From: Truepera sp.
GTDB lineage: Bacteria; Deinococcota; Deinococci; Deinococcales; Trueperaceae
Length of the DNA: 64,000 nt
Assembly: GCA_965218435.1 (NCBI GenBank)
Contig: CBDCKW010000009.1
Location: 2,528,001-2,592,000 of the forward strand
Reading direction: 5' to 3'
Shown here: one piece after another, positions 1 through 8,190 of the stretch
Layout of the letters: each line of letters starts with the position of its first letter
Position numbering within the stretch: position 1 is the first letter of the stretch
Notes under the pieces: model-generated
Seen by the model: only the letters and a program-made list of their open reading frames with translations
Database searches by the model: none
Told to the model about the DNA's origin: nothing
Position numbers and translations under genes: made by a program

Positions 1-1836
1 GATACCTGTGACGGAGGGGGCGACAACGCGTAGTGAGCGGGTCTCGACGCCGATATTGCCGTTGCCGTCTCGAGCGTACAAGTAGACCTTCCACACGCCG
101 AGCTGCTGCGGCGCGGTGACCGTCCACGAGCCCACATTGCCGCTAAAGTTTGCCGAGATGATGCCGCCCGCGCCGTTGATGTATTTGCTGTTGTAACCCA
201 TCGTATAGCTGATGGGGTCACCGTTAGGGTCGCTGACATTGGCCGAGAGGGTAAAGGTGCCGCCCGCCGGAACCGCCGTGCTGTTGCTCAGCGTCATGTT
301 CGAGATGACCGGGGGCGTGTTGGTGGCCGGTGCGCCGCCGTACAGCTTACGCACCGCGTAGTACGACAGCCGCTTTTCACCGTTGGGAATCAGGTTAAAC
401 CAGACGCCGCCGAAGTCACCTTCAATGCCGTAGTTAAAGAACGTCGCGCCGAGCGCCACCCCTTGATGACCGGTAATGCAGTTCCAAGCGCGGGTATAGC
501 CCTGAGCCTTTTCAACGTCGGTCGGTTCTTTCGGAACGCCGTTTTCATCGTTGGGAACTTCCCACTCCCCGGCGGGGCCGCCTTCGGTAACGATATAAGG
601 CTTCGTGTAGCCGCCGCTGAGCCAGTTTTGCTTAACGTCGCACACGGCGTTGTAGGCGTTGACCGCGTAGAGGTCCAAGTCGGGCGCGTTCGCCTTGAGA
701 TATTTCCACGCGCCGGTCCAGGCGTCGGTGTTGGTCACCGGGTGGTTCGGGTCAATTGCGTGAACGGCCTTGGCCGCCTCATTGACAAACGCCGCGTAAG
801 CGTTGCGCTGCGTTTCTAACTCGCCGCCCGAATAGCAATTTTGAAAGCCTAAGATAGACTCGTTGCCGATGTTCCACATCAACACGCCTTTGTGGGTTTT
901 GTATTCACCTACCCAACGTTTGATGTTAGCCAACTCGTTCGCTTTATAGGCTGCGTCGGTAGCGTAGTTCGGGCAACCGCCGCTGCCGGGGCCGCCGCCG
1001 GGTTGCAACCAAAAGCCTGCAATGACCTTGATACCGTTCGCAGCCGCCGCGTCGAACAGCGTTTGGCTGCTGGCGTCCGTACCCCAGGTGCGAACCGTGT
1101 TGACGCCCATCTGTTTGAGGTCGGGCATCCGCTGCGCCGCTTCGGACACGGGCGGTCCCCAGGTGAGACCTTTAACGACGTAGGGTTGACCGTCTACCGA
1201 GAGCTGCCAGTTGCCTTGACTCCCGATGATTCGGGCGATACCGGGTCCCGTGGGTCCGGTTGCGGGCGGCGTGGTCGGTGGCGGCGTGACGCTGCCGCCA
1301 CCCGTAAAGACCCTGAACTCAAAAAGCGAGTAGCCGTAACCCGTGCCCCGCGCCGTACCGTACATACGGACGTACCGACCGGTCCCGCTGACGTTTAACG
1401 TTTGGCTGCCGCCTTTACCTGCAGTTTCAGTATAAATTGGCGTCCAATTCGCGCCGTTGTCCGAAACTTGGATTTCAAACGCTTTACCGTACGCGGCGTC
1501 TCTCTCCCACTCGAGCACCACCTGACAGATATTTTGCGTACTGCCCAGGTCTACCTGAAGCCACTGCGGGTCGCTACGCCCACTCGACCAACGCGTGTTC
1601 ATGTCGCCGTCAAAGGCAAACTTAGCTCCTAAATAGTCCGGGTTCTCCGTTGTCAAAGCTTTCGCAGGCTGACCCTGCGCCACGTTGGTGGTGCCGCACG
1701 CGGCGGTGGCAGCGAGGTTTTGCTCGGGTTGCAACATATTACACGCGCTGACTGCGAGCGTCAGTCCGGCGACGAGGGCAAGAAGTTTAGCTCTTCCCCG
1801 CTGACGGAGCCGACCGGTATAGGCGTCTGATGGCAT
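1..1836 (-). CDS. Lipoprotein: CBM32 (F5/8 type C) + clan GH-A TIM barrel (GH158/GH2-like, probable beta-1,3-glucanase) + Ig-like domain; 3' end runs off the window
   Basis: Absent from the ORF track; translated by hand. ATG at 1836 after GAAAGGA SD; lipobox LAVSAC; CBM32 (AFDGDMNTRWSS..QWLQVDLG..YGYSLFEF); GVNTVRTWG, WNIGNE (acid/base) and PYIVTEGGPAGEWE (nucleophile) motifs; frame open to base 1. Confidence 0.85.
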   Translation of the reverse strand, partial: MPSDAYTGRLRQRGRAKLLALVAGLTLAVSACNMLQPEQNLAATAACGTTNVAQGQPAKALTTENPDYLGAKFAFDGDMNTRWSSGRSDPQWLQVDLGSTQNICQVVLEWERDAAYGKAFEIQVSDNGANWTPIYTETAGKGGSQTLNVSGTGRYVRMYGTARGTGYGYSLFEFRVFTGGGSVTPPPTTPPATGPTGPGIARIIGSQGNWQLSVDGQPYVVKGLTWGPPVSEAAQRMPDLKQMGVNTVRTWGTDASSQTLFDAAAANGIKVIAGFWLQPGGGPGSGGCPNYATDAAYKANELANIKRWVGEYKTHKGVLMWNIGNESILGFQNCYSGGELETQRNAYAAFVNEAAKAVHAIDPNHPVTNTDAWTGAWKYLKANAPDLDLYAVNAYNAVCDVKQNWLSGGYTKPYIVTEGGPAGEWEVPNDENGVPKEPTDVEKAQGYTRAWNCITGHQGVALGATFFNYGIEGDFGGVWFNLIPNGEKRLSYYAVRKLYGGAPATNTPPVISNMTLSNSTAVPAGGTFTLSANVSDPNGDPISYTMGYNSKYINGAGGIISANFSGNVGSWTVTAPQQLGVWKVYLYARDGNGNIGVETRSLRVVAPSVTGI

Positions 1837-1867
1837 AAAATCCTTTCTTCATATTGGGTTGTGAGCT

Positions 1868-1891
1868 GTGCGGCAGTTTGCGCTACCGCAC
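1868..1891 (-). other. Intergenic stem-loop
   Basis: Minus strand GTGCGGTAG-CGCAAA-CTGCCGCAC, 9-bp stem with one G-U pair, no U-tract. Confidence 0.6.
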
Positions 1892-1943
1892 GGCAGGTGG
1901 CATAGGTCGGTGTGCTACGTTTTGGTATGGTTTACGGCACGGT

Positions 1944-3407
1944 TTACGGCAGCCGGTAATTCGCGTCTAAAGCTGCGCCCGCCTCGGGGTGTGCTTCGTC
2001 ATAGCCACGGGCGTTACACTGCAAGCCGCCGACGATACACTGGTCTACGAGCGCCTTAAGCGTCGCCGGGTCCCAAGCGTTATAAAAGTCGTAGTGAAAC
2101 GAGTAGCCGCGGCCACTTGCCAAGCGAACCCTTGAGGTATCGCCGCTCGCGGGGAAGGCCATTTTGAACTCGAGCATCGGTACCGCGACCGGGTGCGACG
2201 CGGTGCAGCGGCCGTCTACCGGATAGGCCATATGGCTTTTGTGGTCGGGGGAGTCTAGATGCAGGCCGTCCCAGCAGCTCGGCGCTTGGTAGCGCACGTT
2301 AAGCTGTGACCCAGGCGGGCAGTAGGCGGGGAAGTCGGCGTTATGGTACGACTCGCCGCACTCCCAACCTTCAAACGACCCCGCTAAAAACTCCGCCGGG
2401 GTTGCCATCATGTCGCCGACGATAAAACGCAGACCCGGCGGGAAAGGGCGGACGCTGGTGTAGTCCAACACGCCCGTTTTATAGTAGATCACCTGTTTGC
2501 CGATGGGTAAAACCTGCGCGTCGCCGTTATACATCGTCGGCATCCAGTAGGCCGACTTGTCACCGGGGGCGAGACAAGAGGTGCCGCCTGCTTGCAGCGA
2601 CGCCAGCGTGGTACCCGCGTTCGTCGTTGCGTTGCCTAAAAAGGTGTGCATGTGCGACGCGCCCGGCTTCCCAAAGTAGACGATAGGGTCGTCGGGTAGG
2701 GTGCTGCGGCTGACCGAGCAGTTCGCTTGGAACTCGTGAAAATAGCGGTGGGGCGGGGTCGCACTTGACGGGACGACGCCGGTTACGGGTGGGTTTGCAG
2801 GAACATACGTGCCTTCGGGCATACCTGGCATACCGCCCGAAGTAGCTTCACCGTACACTTCAAACTCGAAGAGCGAGTAGCCGTAACCGGTGCCACGTTT
2901 TTGACCGGAGAGTCGGACGTACTTACCCGAACCGCTGACCGCTAAGGTTTCGTTGCCGCCCTTGCCCTGGGTCGTCTCGTAAATACGTGTCCAGGTGGTC
3001 CCATCGTCTGAGGTCTCGAGCCTAAAGGCTTGACCGTAAGCAGTTTCCCACTTGAGCACAACTTGGCAGAGGGGTTTTGAGCCGCCCAAATTGACCTGTA
3101 TCCACTGATTGTCGCTGGGCTTGCTCGACCACCGGGTATTCGCGTTACCGTCAAAAGCCGCCGCCGCAACAAAGGTGTCGTTTTCCGTTGACGAAGCTGC
3201 TGCCGGACGACCTTTAGCGAGGTTGACGCTGCTACACGCGGCGGTCGTCTTAAGCTGAGGCGTCGCTGCATTCGGCGCGTCCACAGTGTTACACGCGCCG
3301 AGAAACACCAGCACCCCAGCAGCGAGCGTCGCAGCGAGTGAGCGCCCCTTGAGGCACACTTTAGCCGTAGTAGCAAGGGAAGGCGTACAGCTCTTTTGAT
3401 CTCTCAT
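1944..3407 (-). CDS. Lipoprotein: CBM32 + DUF1996 domain
   Basis: Start moved to ATG 3407 (GAAAGGA SD); lipobox VFLGAC; CBM32; DUF1996 motifs DDPIV, SHMHTFLG, DKSAYWMP, PSCWDG..DSPDHKSHMAYP, HYDFYNAWD. Confidence 0.88.
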   Translation of the reverse strand: MRDQKSCTPSLATTAKVCLKGRSLAATLAAGVLVFLGACNTVDAPNAATPQLKTTAACSSVNLAKGRPAAASSTENDTFVAAAAFDGNANTRWSSKPSDNQWIQVNLGGSKPLCQVVLKWETAYGQAFRLETSDDGTTWTRIYETTQGKGGNETLAVSGSGKYVRLSGQKRGTGYGYSLFEFEVYGEATSGGMPGMPEGTYVPANPPVTGVVPSSATPPHRYFHEFQANCSVSRSTLPDDPIVYFGKPGASHMHTFLGNATTNAGTTLASLQAGGTSCLAPGDKSAYWMPTMYNGDAQVLPIGKQVIYYKTGVLDYTSVRPFPPGLRFIVGDMMATPAEFLAGSFEGWECGESYHNADFPAYCPPGSQLNVRYQAPSCWDGLHLDSPDHKSHMAYPVDGRCTASHPVAVPMLEFKMAFPASGDTSRVRLASGRGYSFHYDFYNAWDPATLKALVDQCIVGGLQCNARGYDEAHPEAGAALDANYRLP

Positions 3408-3491
3408 GAAGTATCCTTTCAAGCTAACTCACACTTTTTTAATAGTTAAGCACTACGTCCGGGCTGTGTTCAGAAAGGGGTTTGTTGTAGC

Positions 3492-3517
3492 GCGCGGTCT
3501 GTTCTAACAGACCGCGC
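3492..3517. other. Intergenic stem-loop
   Basis: GCGCGGTCTGTT-CT-AACAGACCGCGC, perfect 12-bp inverted repeat. Confidence 0.7.
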
Positions 3518-3678
3518 CGAACGTTAGCGGTGGTTGACCCGGTAGCTCGGCCAAGAGGCCTTTACCAGTACGTCGTCACCATTGACCACAAAGCCGGTAC
3601 CGGCAGTGGTGACGCTTGGTCCGGCCAGCGAACAAGCTTTACTTACGGGTTACCTAGAAGAGAAGTGCTGGGCATGGT

Positions 3679-5043
3679 TTATCCACCGGTGGTAAAAACT
3701 TGAAACTCGTAGAGCGAGTAGCCGTAGCCGATGCCCCGCTGGGTGCCGAGCATCCGGATGTAGCGGCCGGAAGCGTTGAGCGTCGGTGTGACGTTCTGGG
3801 TGCCGCCCGTACCCGTCGTAGTTTCGTAGATTTTAGTCCAGCTGGTTTGGTCGTTTGAGACCTCGAGCCTGAAGGCTTTGCCGTAAGCCCTCTCCCACTG
3901 CAGCGTTACCTTGCAAACGGTTTGGCTGCTGCCGAGGTCCACTTGCACCCACTCGGGATCGTGGTCCCACACGCTGGCCCAGCGTGTGCCGCCGTTGCCG
4001 TCAAAGGCCGCGCTCGCGGGCGTGCCGCCGTTCTCAGTCGAGGAGGCCTTGGCGGGCTTGTTCAGCGCCACGTTCGTCGCGCCGCAGGCAGTGCCGCTTC
4101 CCGTGCCGCCTCCACCAGTTGCCGCGCCGGTGAAGGGCAACGATAAGTAGTACTGGCCCAACTCGGTCAGCTGACCGCTCGCTCCTAGCAAGCTGCTGTA
4201 GTGCGTGTCGTTATTCCAGCGTCCCGTAAACCAGGCGTAGCGGAATACGTCGCTGCGGGCCTCGAGCGTAGCGACCATGTCGGCCATCTGCGCCTTTTGC
4301 TTGGCGACGCTGTCAATTTGGGCACTGCCGTCGCCGTTATGCCAGTTGGCGAACTCGGTCACCCAGAAGGGCTTGCCGTATTTTTTGAGACGGTCGAGCT
4401 GAGCGGGCAGCCCGTAGTCGTACCAGTGAAAAGCGAGGTAGTCAATCTGTGGGTCGCGGTTGCCATTTCTGCTCCGGTAGGCCGCGTAGAAAGCGTCTAA
4501 CCACGCCACCGGGTCGCTGTAGCCGGCCATGGTACCCCAAGTGACCTGCGGCCCCACGATTTTTACACCGGTGTCGCGGGCCACCTGCTCGTAGCGGGGC
4601 CAGATGTCAGCAGCCTGATTAGGGGTGATGTTGGAGCCGCCCACGTCAGACGTTAGGCTGGGCTCATTCATTACCAGCAGGTACTTAGCCTGCGGATTGG
4701 CGCGAATGCGGCTTTCTACGTCGTCGGTGTTGAAGCTACCATTCCAGATCATCGGCACGAAATCCATGCCGTAGCGCGCGTTGTAGTCGCCGGGCACACC
4801 GCCGTTCACGCTGGGGCTCCAGTTGTACCACCAGCTCACGCCGGGGGCGAGCGCGGTCATGTCGGCACCGCTTGCAAGATCGTAGGCGATACCGCGTTTG
4901 AAGCTTTTAGCCTGTGCCGCTTGGGGCTGGACAGTCTGGCGTTGGTCGACTGGGGGCGTGCTCGCCAAGTTGCGCTGCTGCCCGCAACCGCTCAAGATAA
5001 AGGCAAGACATACTGTTAGTGCCACTGCTTTTTTGTAAACCAT
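3679..5043 (-). CDS. Lipoprotein: GH128 beta-1,3-glucanase + C-terminal CBM32
   Basis: AAGGAGG SD; lipobox ILSGC; KRGIAY, WWYNW, FVPMIW, MNEP, AFHWY, KPFWVTEF motifs typical of GH128; CBM32 after a Gly/Thr linker. Confidence 0.88.
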   Translation of the reverse strand: MVYKKAVALTVCLAFILSGCGQQRNLASTPPVDQRQTVQPQAAQAKSFKRGIAYDLASGADMTALAPGVSWWYNWSPSVNGGVPGDYNARYGMDFVPMIWNGSFNTDDVESRIRANPQAKYLLVMNEPSLTSDVGGSNITPNQAADIWPRYEQVARDTGVKIVGPQVTWGTMAGYSDPVAWLDAFYAAYRSRNGNRDPQIDYLAFHWYDYGLPAQLDRLKKYGKPFWVTEFANWHNGDGSAQIDSVAKQKAQMADMVATLEARSDVFRYAWFTGRWNNDTHYSSLLGASGQLTELGQYYLSLPFTGAATGGGGTGSGTACGATNVALNKPAKASSTENGGTPASAAFDGNGGTRWASVWDHDPEWVQVDLGSSQTVCKVTLQWERAYGKAFRLEVSNDQTSWTKIYETTTGTGGTQNVTPTLNASGRYIRMLGTQRGIGYGYSLYEFQVFTTGG

Positions 5044-5076
5044 CTAGACCTCCTTGTCTTCCACCACGAGCATACA

Positions 5077-5100
5077 GTGCGGCCTGCTAGCAGGCCGCAC
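5077..5100. other. Intergenic perfect palindrome / stem-loop
   Basis: GTGCGGCCTGCTAGCAGGCCGCAC, 24 bp. Confidence 0.75.
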
Positions 5101-5108
5101 GCTTGAGG

Positions 5109-7766
5109 TTAGGGGTAGTCGACCAGATAGCTCGGTGAGGTGTTGGTACCCGGAATGGGCACGGCTGCCCCGGTGTTGTTGATGATGTGATCGATGGTGC
5201 CCTTGTTATTGAGCGATACCGTCACCAGGTCGTGGAACTTCACACCGGACGTGTCGGGCACCTCGAAAGCGCGGGCGGAGTGAATAGTCGGGTCGACGTT
5301 GGTGTAGATGTAGCTGCCTAGACCCCACGCCTCGTGGCTGGTCACGCCGTTCGCCACCTTGTAGGCCGCGTAGCCCGGCACGCCGTCGTGCTGCCAAGCG
5401 GCCTGGTTCGGCGGGTCGTAGGGCATCTCATTTTGGAAGAAGATGGTCTTGCCACCCTGCCCGTTCCAGATCACCTCGTATTTTTGGTAGTGCTCGACGA
5501 ACAGACCGGTCGCCAACACGTTGTTGCCGTTGACGACCAGCCCGGTGTCGGCGGTGTTGATGGTCCAGCCGGTGGGCACGTTGCCGTGGTCGGCTCGCCA
5601 GGCCCAGATGTGGTCGATGATCGTGTTGTCGCTGTTGACGATCAGGCTGTTGGTCGCCTTGCCGGCAGAGGCACCGCCGATGCGGAAGAATACGTCCTGA
5701 ATGGTGGTCGGGTTGGCCGCGTGGTTCACGTGCGACCCGGCCGTGCCTACGGTCAAGAGCGTCTTGCTGTTGACCGTACCCGCGTCGAACAAGAAGCCGG
5801 CCAGTTTTACGCCGTCCACGTCGGCCACCGTCATGCCGTCCACGCCGTTATCGGGAATGAGGGTAGGGTAGCCGATCCCGAGAACGACGGTATTAGGTCG
5901 GGTCACCTTGAGGGTTTCGCTGAGGTGGTACACGCCGGGGGTGAAGAAGAGGTTGAGGCCCTGCGCCAGCGCCGCGTTGAGGGTCTCGGTCTTGTCGCCC
6001 GGTTTCGCGACGTAGAACTGGCTCATGGGGACGCTGGTGCCAGGGGTGTTGGGCCAGCTGGGGCCGCTGACGTTAGTTCTCAGCGCGGGCGTGAAGACCG
6101 CGTACTTGCCGTCTTGAAAGTACAAGAAGGGCTTTTCGCGCGACACCGGGGTGGTCGCCAGCACGGTGTGTGAGGGGTTCGGGAAGTGCTGCGGCGGGGC
6201 ACCCTGCACGCCGGAGAACACCATGTTCCACACCGAGCCGTCCCAACTGCCAAAGCTGCTGTCGCGCGAGTACCACTGCTGCTGCGAGACCGATTTGACG
6301 CTGCCGATCACCACGCTGTCGGCGATGTAGCCGCCGCTGGCATACCGGTTGCTGGCGGGAGCTAAGTCCAGGCCGCCCCGCACGAACATGCGGCGGAAGG
6401 GGGCAGCCTGCGCCACCGCCCAGCGGTCGCGGCCCCCGCTCAGGCTGAGGTTGATGGTGAAGTTCTCAGCGCTGCGCCAGAAGTTCGTCGTGGCATTGCC
6501 CGTGCCGTCAAAGGAGTCCACTGTGACCGCGCCGTTGATAGTCGTGCCGGTCGGGTCCTGGCTCAGGCCGGCAATGGAGGTATAGTAGCCGATGTTAGCG
6601 TAAACGTTGTTGTATTCGCCCGGCTTGAACAGCAGGGCGTCGCGGCGCGAGCCGAACTGGTTGAGTTTTTGCGCCTCGAATACCGAGTTAAGCTTGGCCT
6701 GAATGGTATCCGTGGTCATGCTCGAATCGAAAATCGTCACGTTCGGCCCAAAGTCGGGCGTGTCGGAGGTGGGCAGGGTTGTGGGTGGTGGTGTGGTGCC
6801 GCCGCCCGTAGCTGCGCCGGTGAAGACCTGAAACTCGTAGAGGGAGTAGCCGTAGCCGGTGTTGCGGGTCAGCCCCTGCATACGGACGTACTGCCCGCTG
6901 GCGCTCAGCGAGACCGTCTGCGTGCCGTCGGTGCCGCTCAAGACGCCGGTCGCCGGGGTGAAGTTGACGCCGTCGTTCGAGACTTGAATCTGGAAGGTCG
7001 CCGCGCGCGCCGTCTCCCACTGGAGGGTGACACCGCAAATCTGCTGCACGCTGCCGAGGTTCACCTGCACCCACTGCGGGTCACTGGGGCTACTGGCCCA
7101 GCGGGTGTTGTTGTTGCCATCAAAGGCCAGCTTGGCCCCCAGGTAGTCCGGGTTCTCGGTCGAGGAGGCGCTAGCGGGTTTATTCAGCGCCGCATTAGCT
7201 GTACCACAGGTCGTGCTACCCGTTCCACCTCCGGTCCCGCCCCCGGTATCGGTGCTGCCGAAAACCTCAAACTCAAAGAGTGAGTAGCCGTAGTCGCCCG
7301 GACGCTGCGTGCCGTACATCCGCACGTACCGGCCGCTGCCGTTTACGCTCAGCGTTTGAGTGTTGCCCGTACCGGTAGTCGTGCTGTAAACCGGCGTCCA
7401 AGTGTTACCATCATTTGATACTTGAATCTCGAAAGCTTTGCCGTAAGCGGCTTCCCATCTGAGCGTTACGCCGCAGATACTCTGGACGCTGCCTAAATCT
7501 ACTTGCAACCACTGCGGGTCAGCTTTGGGCACGCTGGCCCAGCGGGTAGTGCGGTCGCCGTCAACGGCTTGACCTGCGCCCAGGTAGCCCGCATTCTCGG
7601 TTGAAGAGGCGGTGGCGGTTTTGCCCTGTGCGAGGTTCACTGTGCCGCAAGTAGCAGCCGTAGCCAAAGGCGAGTCGCCGGGAGTGAGCGTGCTACACGC
7701 GCTTATCAGCAGTGTCAGCCCGGCACACAGAGCCAGAAGCCGATTTCTGGACGGGGTTTTAAGCAT
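5109..7766 (-). CDS. Lipoprotein: 2x CBM32 + GH55 exo-beta-1,3-glucanase (Streptomyces-type)
   Basis: Start moved to ATG 7766 (GAAGGGA SD); lipobox LISAC; two CBM32; PDFGPNV, NFWRSAEN, WAVAQAAPFRR, SQQQWYSR, WAWRADHG, GLFVEHYQ, FQNEMPYD motifs of bacterial GH55. Confidence 0.9.
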   Translation of the reverse strand: MLKTPSRNRLLALCAGLTLLISACSTLTPGDSPLATAATCGTVNLAQGKTATASSTENAGYLGAGQAVDGDRTTRWASVPKADPQWLQVDLGSVQSICGVTLRWEAAYGKAFEIQVSNDGNTWTPVYSTTTGTGNTQTLSVNGSGRYVRMYGTQRPGDYGYSLFEFEVFGSTDTGGGTGGGTGSTTCGTANAALNKPASASSTENPDYLGAKLAFDGNNNTRWASSPSDPQWVQVNLGSVQQICGVTLQWETARAATFQIQVSNDGVNFTPATGVLSGTDGTQTVSLSASGQYVRMQGLTRNTGYGYSLYEFQVFTGAATGGGTTPPPTTLPTSDTPDFGPNVTIFDSSMTTDTIQAKLNSVFEAQKLNQFGSRRDALLFKPGEYNNVYANIGYYTSIAGLSQDPTGTTINGAVTVDSFDGTGNATTNFWRSAENFTINLSLSGGRDRWAVAQAAPFRRMFVRGGLDLAPASNRYASGGYIADSVVIGSVKSVSQQQWYSRDSSFGSWDGSVWNMVFSGVQGAPPQHFPNPSHTVLATTPVSREKPFLYFQDGKYAVFTPALRTNVSGPSWPNTPGTSVPMSQFYVAKPGDKTETLNAALAQGLNLFFTPGVYHLSETLKVTRPNTVVLGIGYPTLIPDNGVDGMTVADVDGVKLAGFLFDAGTVNSKTLLTVGTAGSHVNHAANPTTIQDVFFRIGGASAGKATNSLIVNSDNTIIDHIWAWRADHGNVPTGWTINTADTGLVVNGNNVLATGLFVEHYQKYEVIWNGQGGKTIFFQNEMPYDPPNQAAWQHDGVPGYAAYKVANGVTSHEAWGLGSYIYTNVDPTIHSARAFEVPDTSGVKFHDLVTVSLNNKGTIDHIINNTGAAVPIPGTNTSPSYLVDYP

Positions 7767-7871
7767 GGGTTCGTCCCTTCTTGAAATGTGGTGATGTTTG
7801 GGTGACGCTCGAGCCTTAACCTTTGGGCTCACCGTCCGGCGCTAAGCCTAGGGCGTCTCGAGCTGCGCTGT

Positions 7872-7903
7872 ATCAGGGCCGGCTAAAATCAGGGTCGGCT
7901 AAA
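7872..7903. repeat. 16-bp tandem duplication in the operon leader
   Basis: ATCAGGGCCGGCTAAA ATCAGGGTCGGCTAAA. Confidence 0.8.
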
Positions 7904-8031
7904 TAGTAGACTTAAGCCGCTACCGCTCGTATAAAAGACAGTGGTCCCCCTTCCACATCTAAGCTGGTAATGCTTAGGTCCCCCGGTGTATGACGTTTAG
8001 CAAAAAGGGAATACGTTTTAGATGCGTTGTT

Positions 8032-8066
8032 ACCCTAGCAAAATACCTTCACTTTGTCAAGTGAAG
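8032..8066 (-). promoter_or_regulatory. Sigma70-type promoter of the glucanase operon, overlapped by a 20-bp palindromic operator (probable ROK site)
   Basis: Minus strand TTGACA (8060-8055), 17 bp, TAGGGT (8037-8032) with extended TG; CTTCACTT-TGTC-AAGTGAAG (8047-8066) covers the -35 box. Confidence 0.75.
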
Positions 8067-8190
8067 CTTTACGGCTCAACTTTCATCACACGGTATACTG
8101 TTTTTAAGTTTTTAAGTGCTCGTCCTAACTGTCACTTCACAAACTTTTCATGTCTTCGGCAAACTGTTCGTCTATTCGCTAGGATAGAGT

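Noticed and set aside
463..1632. Plus-strand track ORFs (118, 168, 76, 62 aa)
   Set aside because: Antisense shadows of the minus-strand glycoside hydrolase gene at 1-1836.
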